This document shows positions 54,007 to 64,000 of a DNA stretch of 64,000 nucleotides, piece after piece; position 1 is the first letter of the stretch, and each line of letters begins with the position of its first letter. Position numbers and translations under genes: made by a program. Source of the stretch: Eledone cirrhosa. Taxonomy: Eukaryota. The notes beneath the pieces were generated by a model. It had not been told where the DNA came from and ran no database searches. It worked only from the letters and a program-made list of their open reading frames with translations. The stretch covers positions 39,184,001 through 39,248,000 of the forward strand of contig OZ024756.1 in assembly GCA_964016885.1 (NCBI GenBank). Direction: 5' to 3'.

Positions 54007-54102
54007 ACCCCTTGATAAGTTCAGCTAGGTCCCTGCCGTCCTAATACTGCTGGGTTAGTTCGGATCTAGCTGTCGAAACGGCCGGAGCTCACTCGTCAGG
54101 GT
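54007..54102 (+). ncRNA. Type I hammerhead motif with UUGAUAA (U3-A8) core
   Basis: ACCC/GGGT stem I; TTGATAA 54012-18; 11-bp stem II CAGCTAGGTCC/GGATCTAGCTG; GAAA 54075-78; stem III partly decayed; GUC 54095-97. Confidence 0.65.
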
Positions 54103-54147
54103 CCTAACTCCTTTCCTACACACACATATATATATATATATATATGT

Positions 54148-54187
<40 letters not shown>

Positions 54188-55199
54188 AGAGATGTAAAAT
54201 CCCGACCGCGGCGCCAAGCAGTTTCGGCTTTTGTGTTCAGAAAGCCTTTCCAATGGTGTAGAAATATTTGTAGGGTGTGTGTATGTTCTTCTGGTTTTAT
54301 AATGCCATAAATTTTTACCAATAGACACAAGACTCTTTCACTGGAATTTATGTATGTATGTGTATGCATGTATGTGTATGCATGTATGTGTATGTATGTA
54401 TGTGTATAAATGCATATAGTAGGAAAAGAAACAGTGAAAAAAAATACAAAACAAAATAAAAACGGAAACGAGACAGACTCCACTAAAATTAGAGGATATT
54501 GTTTAATGTTCAGAATTGATAGCCAGACGATATCAGTCCAAAGCGTTTCGAGCTAAATCATTCATTAGATGGTAGACAGTGGAAGAAAAAAATATAGGAA
54601 AAAATAGTAAATCTGGAAGAGAGTTGACAAGAAAGTATATATATTATCACTAAGGTTGTTTATTTATGCTTGCTAAAATAGTTTAGCTTAGATGTGGCTT
54701 TTGTAGTAAGAGAACTAATGTTAAGTGAGATACGTTAATATAAGTTGTAGTGTGAATATGGAGCTAAGTTTTATATCATAATGGGGAATACAATGAGGAA
54801 AAACCTCGATAAATGCTTTTGCGGTCTTGTCCGCGGGGCACACTCTCAATACTATAGGGTCCTAGGCCTAGAGCCCACCACCCTCGCCATTCCCGCTCCT
54901 ATTCTTCTGTGACCCTAGAGCACTTGCCTTTCCATTCCTTTTCCGTTTTCAGAACACCACAAAAGACAGTTGAATATTTTACAATAAAGATATGTTTTCT
55001 TATTGATTGTAAAATATTGTGAAACCTGTTCAGATTTGCTCGTCTTAGCTATAAAATGGTTCTGAACACTGCAGTGAATAAATAAATATATACATATACA
55101 CCAGGCCCAAACACAAAGGAACCAAACTCTCACTGTCACTGCCTCAGTCTTTCCCGCTCTCCCCATCTCTCACTATTATGAGTAAATGGGGGGCCTTAC

Positions 55200-55360
55200 G
55201 CACTGTACCCAAGGGAACAACCGCAAACCTGTCGGAGAGCGACCGGTATTTGAAGAGTTTGGCCTCCTCAGCCCCCCGACGTGCAGCAGAACCTGGGTTA
55301 GTTGCAGACTGCACCAGGTTGCGGCTGGAGAAAGTGTCGGTGCAAATGGCATCCCAGACG
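55200..55360 (-). mobile_element. CRE-clade-like non-LTR retrotransposon fragment (restriction-like endonuclease region)
   Basis: IVWDAICTDTFSSRNLVQSATNPGSAARRGAEEAKLFKYRSLSDRFAVVPL resembles the CRE C-terminal WDxTxxDT...AExxKxxKY motif. Confidence 0.6.
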
Positions 55361-56055
55361 ATGTTTGTGTTTGTGAGTGAATGTAAATGTGTGTGTGTCT
55401 TCTGAAAAATCATATCTTAGAACCTAATATATATTTTTTGTATCTTTCTTAAACAGTTTACCAAAATTAATTTATTTGCTTCCTTCGTGCATATGTTTGC
55501 ATTCTTTAAATATTTCTTTGTTTCTCTCTAGTTTTTTACTTTAGCCTACCCCTTCTCCACCTTTCTTTCTCTCTGCTTGTTACTTTAGCCTCCTCCTTCT
55601 CCCCCCTTTCTTTCTCTCTAGTCGTTACTCTAACCTCCCCCTCCCCCCTTTCTTTCTCTCTGCTTGTTACTTTAGCCCCCCCCCCTTCTTTCTCTCTACT
55701 TTTTACTCTAGCCTTTCTCACTTTCTTTCTCTCGTATTTTTTGAATTCACTGTTTATTAAATTCATATTCTGTAATAAATCATAAACCAGAAGTTATATA
55801 CAATATTGATCTTTGCGCTATTTTCAACCAATTTTCTTTCATTCTTATCCATTTATTTTTTGCTATTAATATATTTGTATATTTTATCGAATGCTGTGGT
55901 TCTCTGATGGACAGTGTCTACTTTATACGACAGAAAAAATACATTTGTTCCAATAAATATTGAAATGAATAAAGAAGTTAATTTAATTACTTGTATTTTT
56001 CAAGCGACCAAGATCGATTGTGAATATATATGTGTATGTATTTATATATATATAT

Positions 56056-56665
56056 GTCAGGTCACCAGTTGGTGCTACTGGTAACATGTATCCCAGTACA
56101 ACCTGTCTCATGGTCGGGCCGTTGGCGACTAAACTGGCAACCCCACCAAGGTTTCTTGGTGAGGAGGGTGACTTTGGACATCCTGCAGGACTAAATACAA
56201 AACCTGTCAAAGGGCAAAGGAGCTCTTAAGAGTCAATGGCCGTCCAAAATCACCGGGAGAGATGACCCCTTAGCCTTTGTCAAGGCAGAATTCTAGGAGA
56301 AGGAAAACTCTGATATAACGCCTTCAACCCTGATGGTATCCAATGATGTTGACGTGTCCTTCTTTTTTGGTAAATATCATCTTGGTTAAGAGAGTGGGAC
56401 TGGCTTTGTGCAGTGCCTTTGCTCACTATAAAAGCTTCACGGCACAGGCATTGCTTTATATCTGGAGATCTCTCTGCACTTGTCATCACATGGTACCATG
56501 GGCCCAGCACTATGTGTCAATAATTGTCACAAGTGTAGTGTTTGTACCAGAGTTTTCAAGTCGCTGGCTGGACTAAAAAAGTCACACTCGTTCAGCGCAT
56601 CGGTAGGGTTTCTCCTACATGGATATAAAGTAGTGTCCGTACTCGAAAAAGAGTTGGCAGCCACC

Positions 56666-56667
<2 letters not shown>
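56056..56667 (+). mobile_element. Probable internally deleted RTE/BovB-type element with a C-terminal C2H2-like finger remnant
   Basis: CSVCTRVFKSLAGLK(fs)SHTRSAHR*; tail ACTCGAAAAAGAGTTGGCAGCCACCA; similar tail at ~57000-57032. Confidence 0.55.
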
Positions 56668-56709
<42 letters not shown>

Positions 56710-57102
56710 GGTGTTGGATGCTTAAAGCGTCCGTATGCGGTAGGCCGTATGAGCACTCGATGCTCTAATAGAGCAGAGTATGATATCACAGAAAAAAACG
56801 AAGTATATCGATGTAAAAGGACATAGGAAAATCTGCTTTGTAGAATCAAGACGTATCTGAGGACCTTGCGATTTTCAGAGTCGCTGAGCGAGTGGGATTG
56901 GCTCAGTGCACAGTATTTCCTCACTTAAAAAATATCTTCACGCACAGGTATTGCACAATACCATTAAGTGATAATTATTAATAATGTTATATTTTGCAAT
57001 GGCCATACTCGATAACGAGGGGGCAGCCATCATGTATTTATGTATGTATGTATGTATGCAAGTATGTATGTATGTATATGTGTGTGTGTGTCTGTCTGTT
57101 TA

Positions 57103-57134
<32 letters not shown>

Positions 57135-57364
57135 GGTAGGTAGGTAAGTATTTGTGTATGTACCTCTGTTTAAAGTGTCTGAATTCTAACACACTCGAGG
57201 TAGTGCGCAACCAAGTTGGAGAGCTCCTCTACTATTTATACAGCAACAGCATTAAAGATTAACTTTCAGGGAAGTCTTCGGTATATCTTCTGCTTGGTTT
57301 ATGAATTAAATTTGCAGAATAATGACTAGCTTTTACGTAAAAAGAGTCTTTGGAGTAAGGTTAC

Positions 57365-57632
57365 TTGATAGAGTGCGTAGCTCGGAGACCAGAGTGTCAC
57401 TCCAGGTAGAGTCACTACTTCTCTGAATTGAGAGATCACAGCTCAAATACTATGGGCATGTGGTTAGAATGTTCCAGGAAAGAATCGCTAGACATATTTA
57501 TAGCTCGGAGATCAGAGAGTCACTCCAGGTAGTCACTACTTTTCTGAATTGAGAGATCACAGCTTTATATTATGGGCATGTGGTTAGAATGTCCCAGGAA
57601 AGAATCGTTAGACATATTTTAGAGGCAAAACC
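57365..57632 (+). mobile_element. Same RTE-derived element with a duplicated unit (minus-strand copy at ~10290-10625; tail fragments at ~2610-2720 and ~53650-53775)
   Basis: GAGAGTCACTCCAGGTAG...GAATTGAGAGATCACAGCT repeats. Confidence 0.75.
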
Positions 57633-58162
57633 ATTTTAATCTACAGACGACAAACTATTTTGTTTCAGTGTAAAATATGTTATGGATAAAATGTCTTCGG
57701 AATTAATGTATTTTGTAAAAATATTTTATCCATTAACAGTTCAAAATGTGTTTTGTAATGCGTATGTTGTAACTGAAGCTGTTAAAATTCCTTAACAATT
57801 AATATATTGGGAAAGTCTATCTCGTAATTTATGTGAAGGAAAGTGTTTTCTTTCATTTGTACTGAATACAAAACTACCGTAAAACTGGAACTAAATGTAT
57901 TAATGTGGTTTGGTAAATAACTATATACGTATACATATACATCAGGTGTGAACACAATGAAACCAAATTTCCACTGTCACTGCCTCCACCTCTCTTACTC
58001 TCCCCATCTCTCATTATTATGAGCAAATGAGGGCCCACACGCTGGCGGGTAATGTCACGCAACCTTCTAGTATACGTTAAATAATTGTCGTGTTCATAAA
58101 TACAACAGCAAACGTACTGCCCGTCTGACTGCCCCCCCCTCTCTCTCTCTCTCTCTTTCCCC

Positions 58163-58210
<48 letters not shown>

Positions 58211-58310
58211 TTGACAGTAATCGGGTGTGTTAGACTCTGCGTTCTGAAGTTGTAGGTACTATAATTAAATAAAACTTAAGTTCATCGGTGGGTATATGTA
58301 TTGATTGATT

Positions 58311-58376
<66 letters not shown>

Positions 58377-58905
58377 AGAGAGTGTAGAATTGGTAAAAAT
58401 CTAAAATTGAATTGGGAAATACATAATTAATTGGAGTTGGAAAAGTTGTGTAGGAGTAAAAAATAATAATAAAGCGGGTGTGATGAAGAGAATAGATACG
58501 ATGAATAAAAATCACTATATGGTATTACTTCTTAGATAAATCGATTATATTGGCGCCAAGTGTTCTGTAGTAAGCGTCGAAGAGGGCTGAATTCATTTAG
58601 TGAATCAATGCTGAGACTTGCTACCCCACGGGGACTGATATATACGTTATATGTTAATACACGGATTTACAGACACTATAAACATAACAAGTATACGCAC
58701 CCGTATTTCTTCTTCTTTTTCTTTTCTTTTTCTTTTTCTTTTCTTTTTCTTTTTCTTTTTTTCTTCTTCTTCTTCACTTTTATTATTATTATTACTATAT
58801 ATATATATAAATGAAGTAATTCCGTCGGAAAGGTCCAGGAAAAAAGAGTGCTCTATGTAGGTTACAGAGCTTATTATTTATGTAATAAACAACATAAGAT
58901 AATTA

Positions 58906-58966
58906 TTTCATTTACCAGTGGTTTCTTGAAAGCAAACATAATTTGCTTTCAGTCATCAGAATGAAA
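58906..58966 (-). ncRNA. Type I hammerhead ribozyme motif (mirror copy in the other palindrome arm)
   Basis: Reverse complement of 59031-59091 with one loop difference. Confidence 0.85.
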
Positions 58967-59030
58967 AAATCCTGGTGTATTTATTGACAGTGGTTTTTAA
59001 AATCCACTGTCAATAAATACACCAGGATTT

Positions 59031-59091
59031 TTTCATTCTGATGACTGAAAGCAAATTTTGTTTGCTTTCAAGAAACCACTGGTAAATGAAA
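59031..59091 (+). ncRNA. Type I hammerhead ribozyme motif
   Basis: Stem I TTTCATT/AATGAAA; CTGATGA 59038-44; stem II TGAAAGCAAA/TTTGCTTTCA; GAAA 59072-75; stem III ACC/GGT; GUA cleavage triplet 59082-84. Confidence 0.85.
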
Positions 59092-59123
59092 TAATTATCT
59101 TATGTTGTTTATTACATAACTAT

Positions 59124-59162
<39 letters not shown>

Positions 59163-59886
59163 ATGTGTGTGTGTGTGTGCAGAAAAAGAAGTTAGACATT
59201 GGGAAAAAGAGAAAAGTGATTTTATTCTTTGGAGCACAAGGTTAGAATATAATGTCCGTCGTTTTATTTTATTTTTGTTGCTATTCTTTATCCTATTCTA
59301 CCCCTATTGGGAATATTAACCTTCTTCAAAATACTCCATCTTCATTGCTGATGTCCTATAATATAATCAATGCTATTGTTTGAGGCAGTTTTTTTTCTTT
59401 CTTTATATATCAAAATCTATTGATATGTGTTTATTATAGTTATTGTGTTGTAGGTACGTGTTATTGATGTAGTTTGTCGTAAAGCTTTTCCAAACAATCT
59501 ATCTATTAATAGTCGCCAAACTATTCTACTATTTGTTTTATGTTTTGTCTGGCGACATCGTCTTCCTCTTACCAAAATAATTATCTTTACTCTTATAGTT
59601 CAGCTCTTTTTCATTCATTTTTTTAAAAACTTTCTTCTTTTATCTCTCTTTCTTCTCTTCATTGTCCGGATTTATATATTCATACATTTATATCTTTCTC
59701 TTCTGTTATTTTTTCCTGATTTTTTTTTCTTTCTGTTTTCTTTCTTTCTTTTTCTTTCTTTCTGCCATATTTCCCTCATTTTAAAAGCTTTTTTCTATTT
59801 CTTTCTTTTTTCTTTTTTTTTCTTCTTTTTTCCTTTCTTTTTTCCTTTCTTTTCCTTTCTTTTTTTCATTCTTTTTTATTCTTTTT

Positions 59887-59934
<48 letters not shown>

Positions 59935-61483
59935 GTCTTCTTTCTTTCTTTCCTTCGCGTCTTCTTTCTTTCTTTCCTTTTTGTCTTCTTTCTTTCTCTT
60001 TTTTCGTCCTCCAGCCCCCCCCCCTCCCCACATTCTATATGTTTCTTTCTTCCCCCCACTATAATATATTTCAACAGATATTCCTATATTTCTTCATCTC
60101 AAACATGTATTTTTATCACTATTATCACTATTATCACTATTATCACTGTTATCATTTTATAACATATCACAACTGAAGCTATATAACATTCACTATTCTT
60201 TCTCTCTTTCTCCCACTCACTCATTCTCTCTCTCTCCTTCTTTCACTTTCTCACTCACTCACTCTCTCTCTCACTATTTCCTTCTCTCTATCTTTGCACT
60301 CTTCAAGGACGAGATGATGTCTTTTCCGTTCTTACAGAAACAACTTAGTCAAGGAATACCATTAAAAATTTAAAAAACAATCAGAAGAAGAAAAACGATT
60401 ATTAAACAAAGTTTATTTTTCCTTTCGATGTCCGAAATAATACATTTAGAAAGTTACTGGGGTATGTAAAAAGCGAAATGCAGAAAAACGAAACAATAAA
60501 AGCGCATGAAGAAAATACAAGAAAGTAATTAGAAATAGAATTTCTTTCAGGTGTCGCTGGCCATTATTTGTGGAAATGCTTCTGTGCCTTAAGCCTAGAG
60601 CCCACCACCCTCCCTCCTTCCCCTTCTATTCTTCTGTGACCCCAGAGCCTTGCCTTTCCCTTCCTTTTCCGGTTTGACATATCTGTAGTGTTGTTGTTAT
60701 TTGTGGATTGGCAGTATCGGTAGAGGGTCGGACGCCATGCTTTGCAGCATAGAGTTAGGTTCAAATCCCGCCGAGGTTAACTTTGCCTTTCATCCTTACG
60801 GGGGTCGATAAAATAAAGTACCAGTAATGCACTGGGGTCCATTTAATCGACTTTCCCCTACCTCCAAATTACTGGCCTTGTGCCTCTACTAGAAATCATT
60901 ATTGTTGGCGTCGATGTCGATACAGAATTCTATATAAAAACAGATCTCTTAGACTTTGTTGACTTGGAACAAAAAAAACAACTTTGTATAAAATAATATA
61001 GAATACATTGACAGCCAACAACATTGGGCATTACATTGGCAAGCCCAAATACTTTTAAAGGAAAGGAGGAGCGTGTTGGTAGGTAAGATGTGTCAGAATA
61101 CATATTTCTCTTTTCTATGTTAAGTTGTTGTTTATACGAGAGCTGGAACGGCTCTTCCAGTGCATCTCCCTCACCATCCTCTGAGGAAACGCCTTTTAAA
61201 TTCTGTTCGCCGGGCCACGGAACGGCCAGCACGTGGGCCCTCATTTGCTCATAATAGTGAGAGTTGGGGATAGCGGAAGAGACGGAGGCAGTGGCAGTGG
61301 GAGTTTGGTTCCTTTGTGTTCGGACCTGGTGTATATGAGAGATGGGGAGAGTGGGAGAGACGGAGGCAGTGACAGTGGGTGTTTGGTTCCTTTGTGTTCG
61401 GACCTGGTGTCTATGTGAGATGAGGAGTGTGGGAGAGACAGAGGCAGTGACACTGGGAGTTTGGTTTCTTTGTGTTCGGACTT

Positions 61484-61514
<31 letters not shown>

Positions 61515-61975
61515 TTACCACAGCACACGCACTTTCACCAGGACACCAACTACAACCATGCCATATTCAATAAAACTTCATTTTTATGTCGGTGTATGAA
61601 ACATGTATAATATAAATTGATATTGAAATCACAGAAAGAAATTTATGATTGATAACGTTTCCTGAGTAAATATTCTCTCCATTTTAAATCAGTGGGGGAC
61701 AGCTGCACCATACATGTAACTCAACAGTAGTCAGTACAGGTCACTGTAATTTAATTTAGCGAAGAAAGTAATTGATGGCAAAGATGATATAGTGGTGATA
61801 ATGGTGGCTACTATAGGAACAAGGCCAGCAAGTTGGGGGGAGAGGAAAGTCGATTAAATCGATCCCAGTGCATTACTGGTACTTTATTTTATCGACCCCT
61901 TAAGGATGAAAGGTAAAGCTAACCTCTGCGGGATTTGAACGCAGAACATAGGGCTGTAACTCTATGCTGCAAGGC

Positions 61976-62121
61976 ATATATATACGTATATATACGTATA
62001 TATATATATATATACGTATATATATATATACGTATATATATATATATATATATATACGTATATATATATATATATACGTATATATATATATATATACGTA
62101 TATATATATATATATATATAC

Positions 62122-62211
<90 letters not shown>

Positions 62212-62212
62212 G

Positions 62213-62246
<34 letters not shown>

Positions 62247-62247
62247 C

Positions 62248-62301
<54 letters not shown>

Positions 62302-62707
62302 GTATATATTTATATATATATTTATATATATATATATACGTATATATTTATATATATATATATACGTATATATTTATATATATATATATACGTATATATT
62401 TATATATATATATATACGTATATATTTATATATATATATATACGTATATATTTATATATATATATATACGTATATATTTATATATATATATATACGTATA
62501 TATTTATATATATATATATACGTATATATTTATATATATATATATATATACGTATATATTTATATATATACGTATATATTTATATATATATATATATACG
62601 TATATATATATATATACGTATATATATATATATACGTATATATTTATATATATATATATATACGTATATATATATATATATACGTATATATACGTATATA
62701 TATATAT
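61976..62707. repeat. (TA)n interrupted periodically by CG
   Basis: Directly visible. Confidence 0.95.
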
Positions 62708-63346
62708 TGTTATACTTGGGGAGGCTCATATTGTTGTAATAATACTGCCAGAAATAACATTTACATATATGTATATACATATATATATATATATGTATGT
62801 ATGTATATATGAGTGTGTAACAGGTGAATATGAAGGCGTATACAATACGTTTATGTATAAGCAACATCGCATATGGTTTCTCATATAAACCCCTATTATG
62901 AACCATGCTATTATAGTGCTACCTTTTATATATAAAGTATAATTCGTCCTATAGATGCTGTGGATACATGAAATTGAGATGATGTTGAAAATGAAAGCTT
63001 TTATCTAAAATATACAATAAACCAATCCTATAAATATGTTCAAAAGGCCGTAAAATCTGGCAAAATAAATTTTCTGAAAGATAAAACGCAAACATATTTT
63101 GGTTGGATGAGCAATGTTAGGTATAAACCAAATATGTATCTTTCATTGATTGCTTTCTAGTGATTCAATCAACATAGAGCAAAGGCAATATTTGATATAT
63201 GCTCGCTGTTGCTCATTCCACGTTGACGATGTATTTTCGGCTAGTACAACTTTAAAGCGCAACCAATTTCAACATAGCCGCAATGATATCTTATTTCTGT
63301 TCACGAAAACATCATTAAACTTTTAAATATTGACTCAAAACACTTT

Positions 63347-63394
<48 letters not shown>

Positions 63395-63452
63395 TTATTT
63401 GAGTTCGAGCCGAGGCACTGAGGCCATGCTGGGGGCACCGCTATAAAGGAAA

Positions 63453-63572
63453 TGCTTACAGCACCTACGTTTCCCAAGCGGTCACCCATACAAGTACTAA
63501 CTAGGTTCGGCGTTGCTTAACTTTCAGTGTTCGGACGAGCACCGGTGTTTTCAGCGTGATATGGTCGTAAAT
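63453..63572 (-). pseudogene. 5S rRNA-derived copy (pseudogene or head of a 5S-derived SINE)
   Basis: Reverse complement TTACGACCATATCACGCTGAAAACACCGG...AGTTAAGC...TTAGTACTTGTATGGGTGACCGCTTGGGAA...GTGCTGTAAGCA matches the 5S pattern; several substitutions; no T4 terminator. Confidence 0.9.
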
Positions 63573-63776
63573 TAAACATTGACATATAAGTGTTATACCG
63601 ACACGTCGTACATTTATGAAAGATTAATAAGAATGAACAAGGTAATTACGAGGGATTAGGGTTAAATTTACCTGTCTTAATCTCAGACAGAAGTGTAAGA
63701 GATGTTATGTGGTTTTTAAAAAAAATCCAAATGTAAGTATTACTGTTACAGAGGAACAAGGGTCTTGCAGTCGTAT

Positions 63777-63780
<4 letters not shown>

Positions 63781-63847
<67 letters not shown>

Positions 63848-64000
63848 CAACTGGATTCTTTCCCGTAGGTAATGTCCCTGAAACCCACACATAACCCACA
63901 CACATAACCCCCACATATAACCCCCACACATAACCCCCACACATAACCCACACACATAACCCACACATAACCCACACACATAACCCACACATAACCCACA
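63781..64000. repeat. (TC)n followed by a CACATAACCC(A/C) minisatellite running off the window
   Basis: Directly visible. Confidence 0.9.

Larger units (their letters stand above)
58812..59119 (-). mobile_element. Penelope-like fold-back element (242-bp palindrome 58878-59119 + 3' tail)
   Basis: Near-perfect palindrome, hammerhead in each arm, GCTCTG..AGAGCACTCT tail, (TA)n flanks. Confidence 0.7.

Noticed and set aside
54520-54580. Possible decayed hammerhead on the minus strand (CTAATGA...GAAACG...CGTC)
   Set aside because: G5 is mutated and stems II and III pair poorly; not supportable alone.
61935-62888. 317-aa ORF
   Set aside because: (TA)n translation (YIYIYI).
63453-63572. Functional 5S rRNA gene
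   Set aside because: Solitary copy, altered 5' end and internal positions, no oligo-T terminator, retroposon-like tail.

Overview
AT-rich, microsatellite-laden eukaryotic DNA. The SINE families, RTE LINEs and 5S sequence look like a cephalopod (octopus-like) genome; this is an inference. Positions 374-24809 (+) hold the last 21 coding exons of the FACT complex subunit SPT16 gene. They join in phase to 924 codons plus stop; the 5' end lies upstream of the window. The gene has one GC-AG intron and an expanded Gly/Ser/Arg C-terminal tail. I found no other supportable host gene. The rest is repeats: TTAA-flanked piggyBac-like MITEs confined to the gene region, three non-autonomous Helitrons, tRNA-derived SINEs, RTE/CRE/R4-like LINE fragments, minisatellites and a 5S-rRNA-headed retroposon. 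The most striking signal is a set of non-coding fold-back elements embedded in (TA)n/(CA)n tracts. They carry hammerhead-ribozyme motifs, several with non-canonical cores (U3-A8, C10.1/A11.1, CCGUCGA), followed by a shared, covarying 3' hairpin tail. This architecture resembles Penelope-like element pseudo-LTRs, present here as several distinct families. All coordinates and folds were derived by hand; repeat boundaries are approximate.
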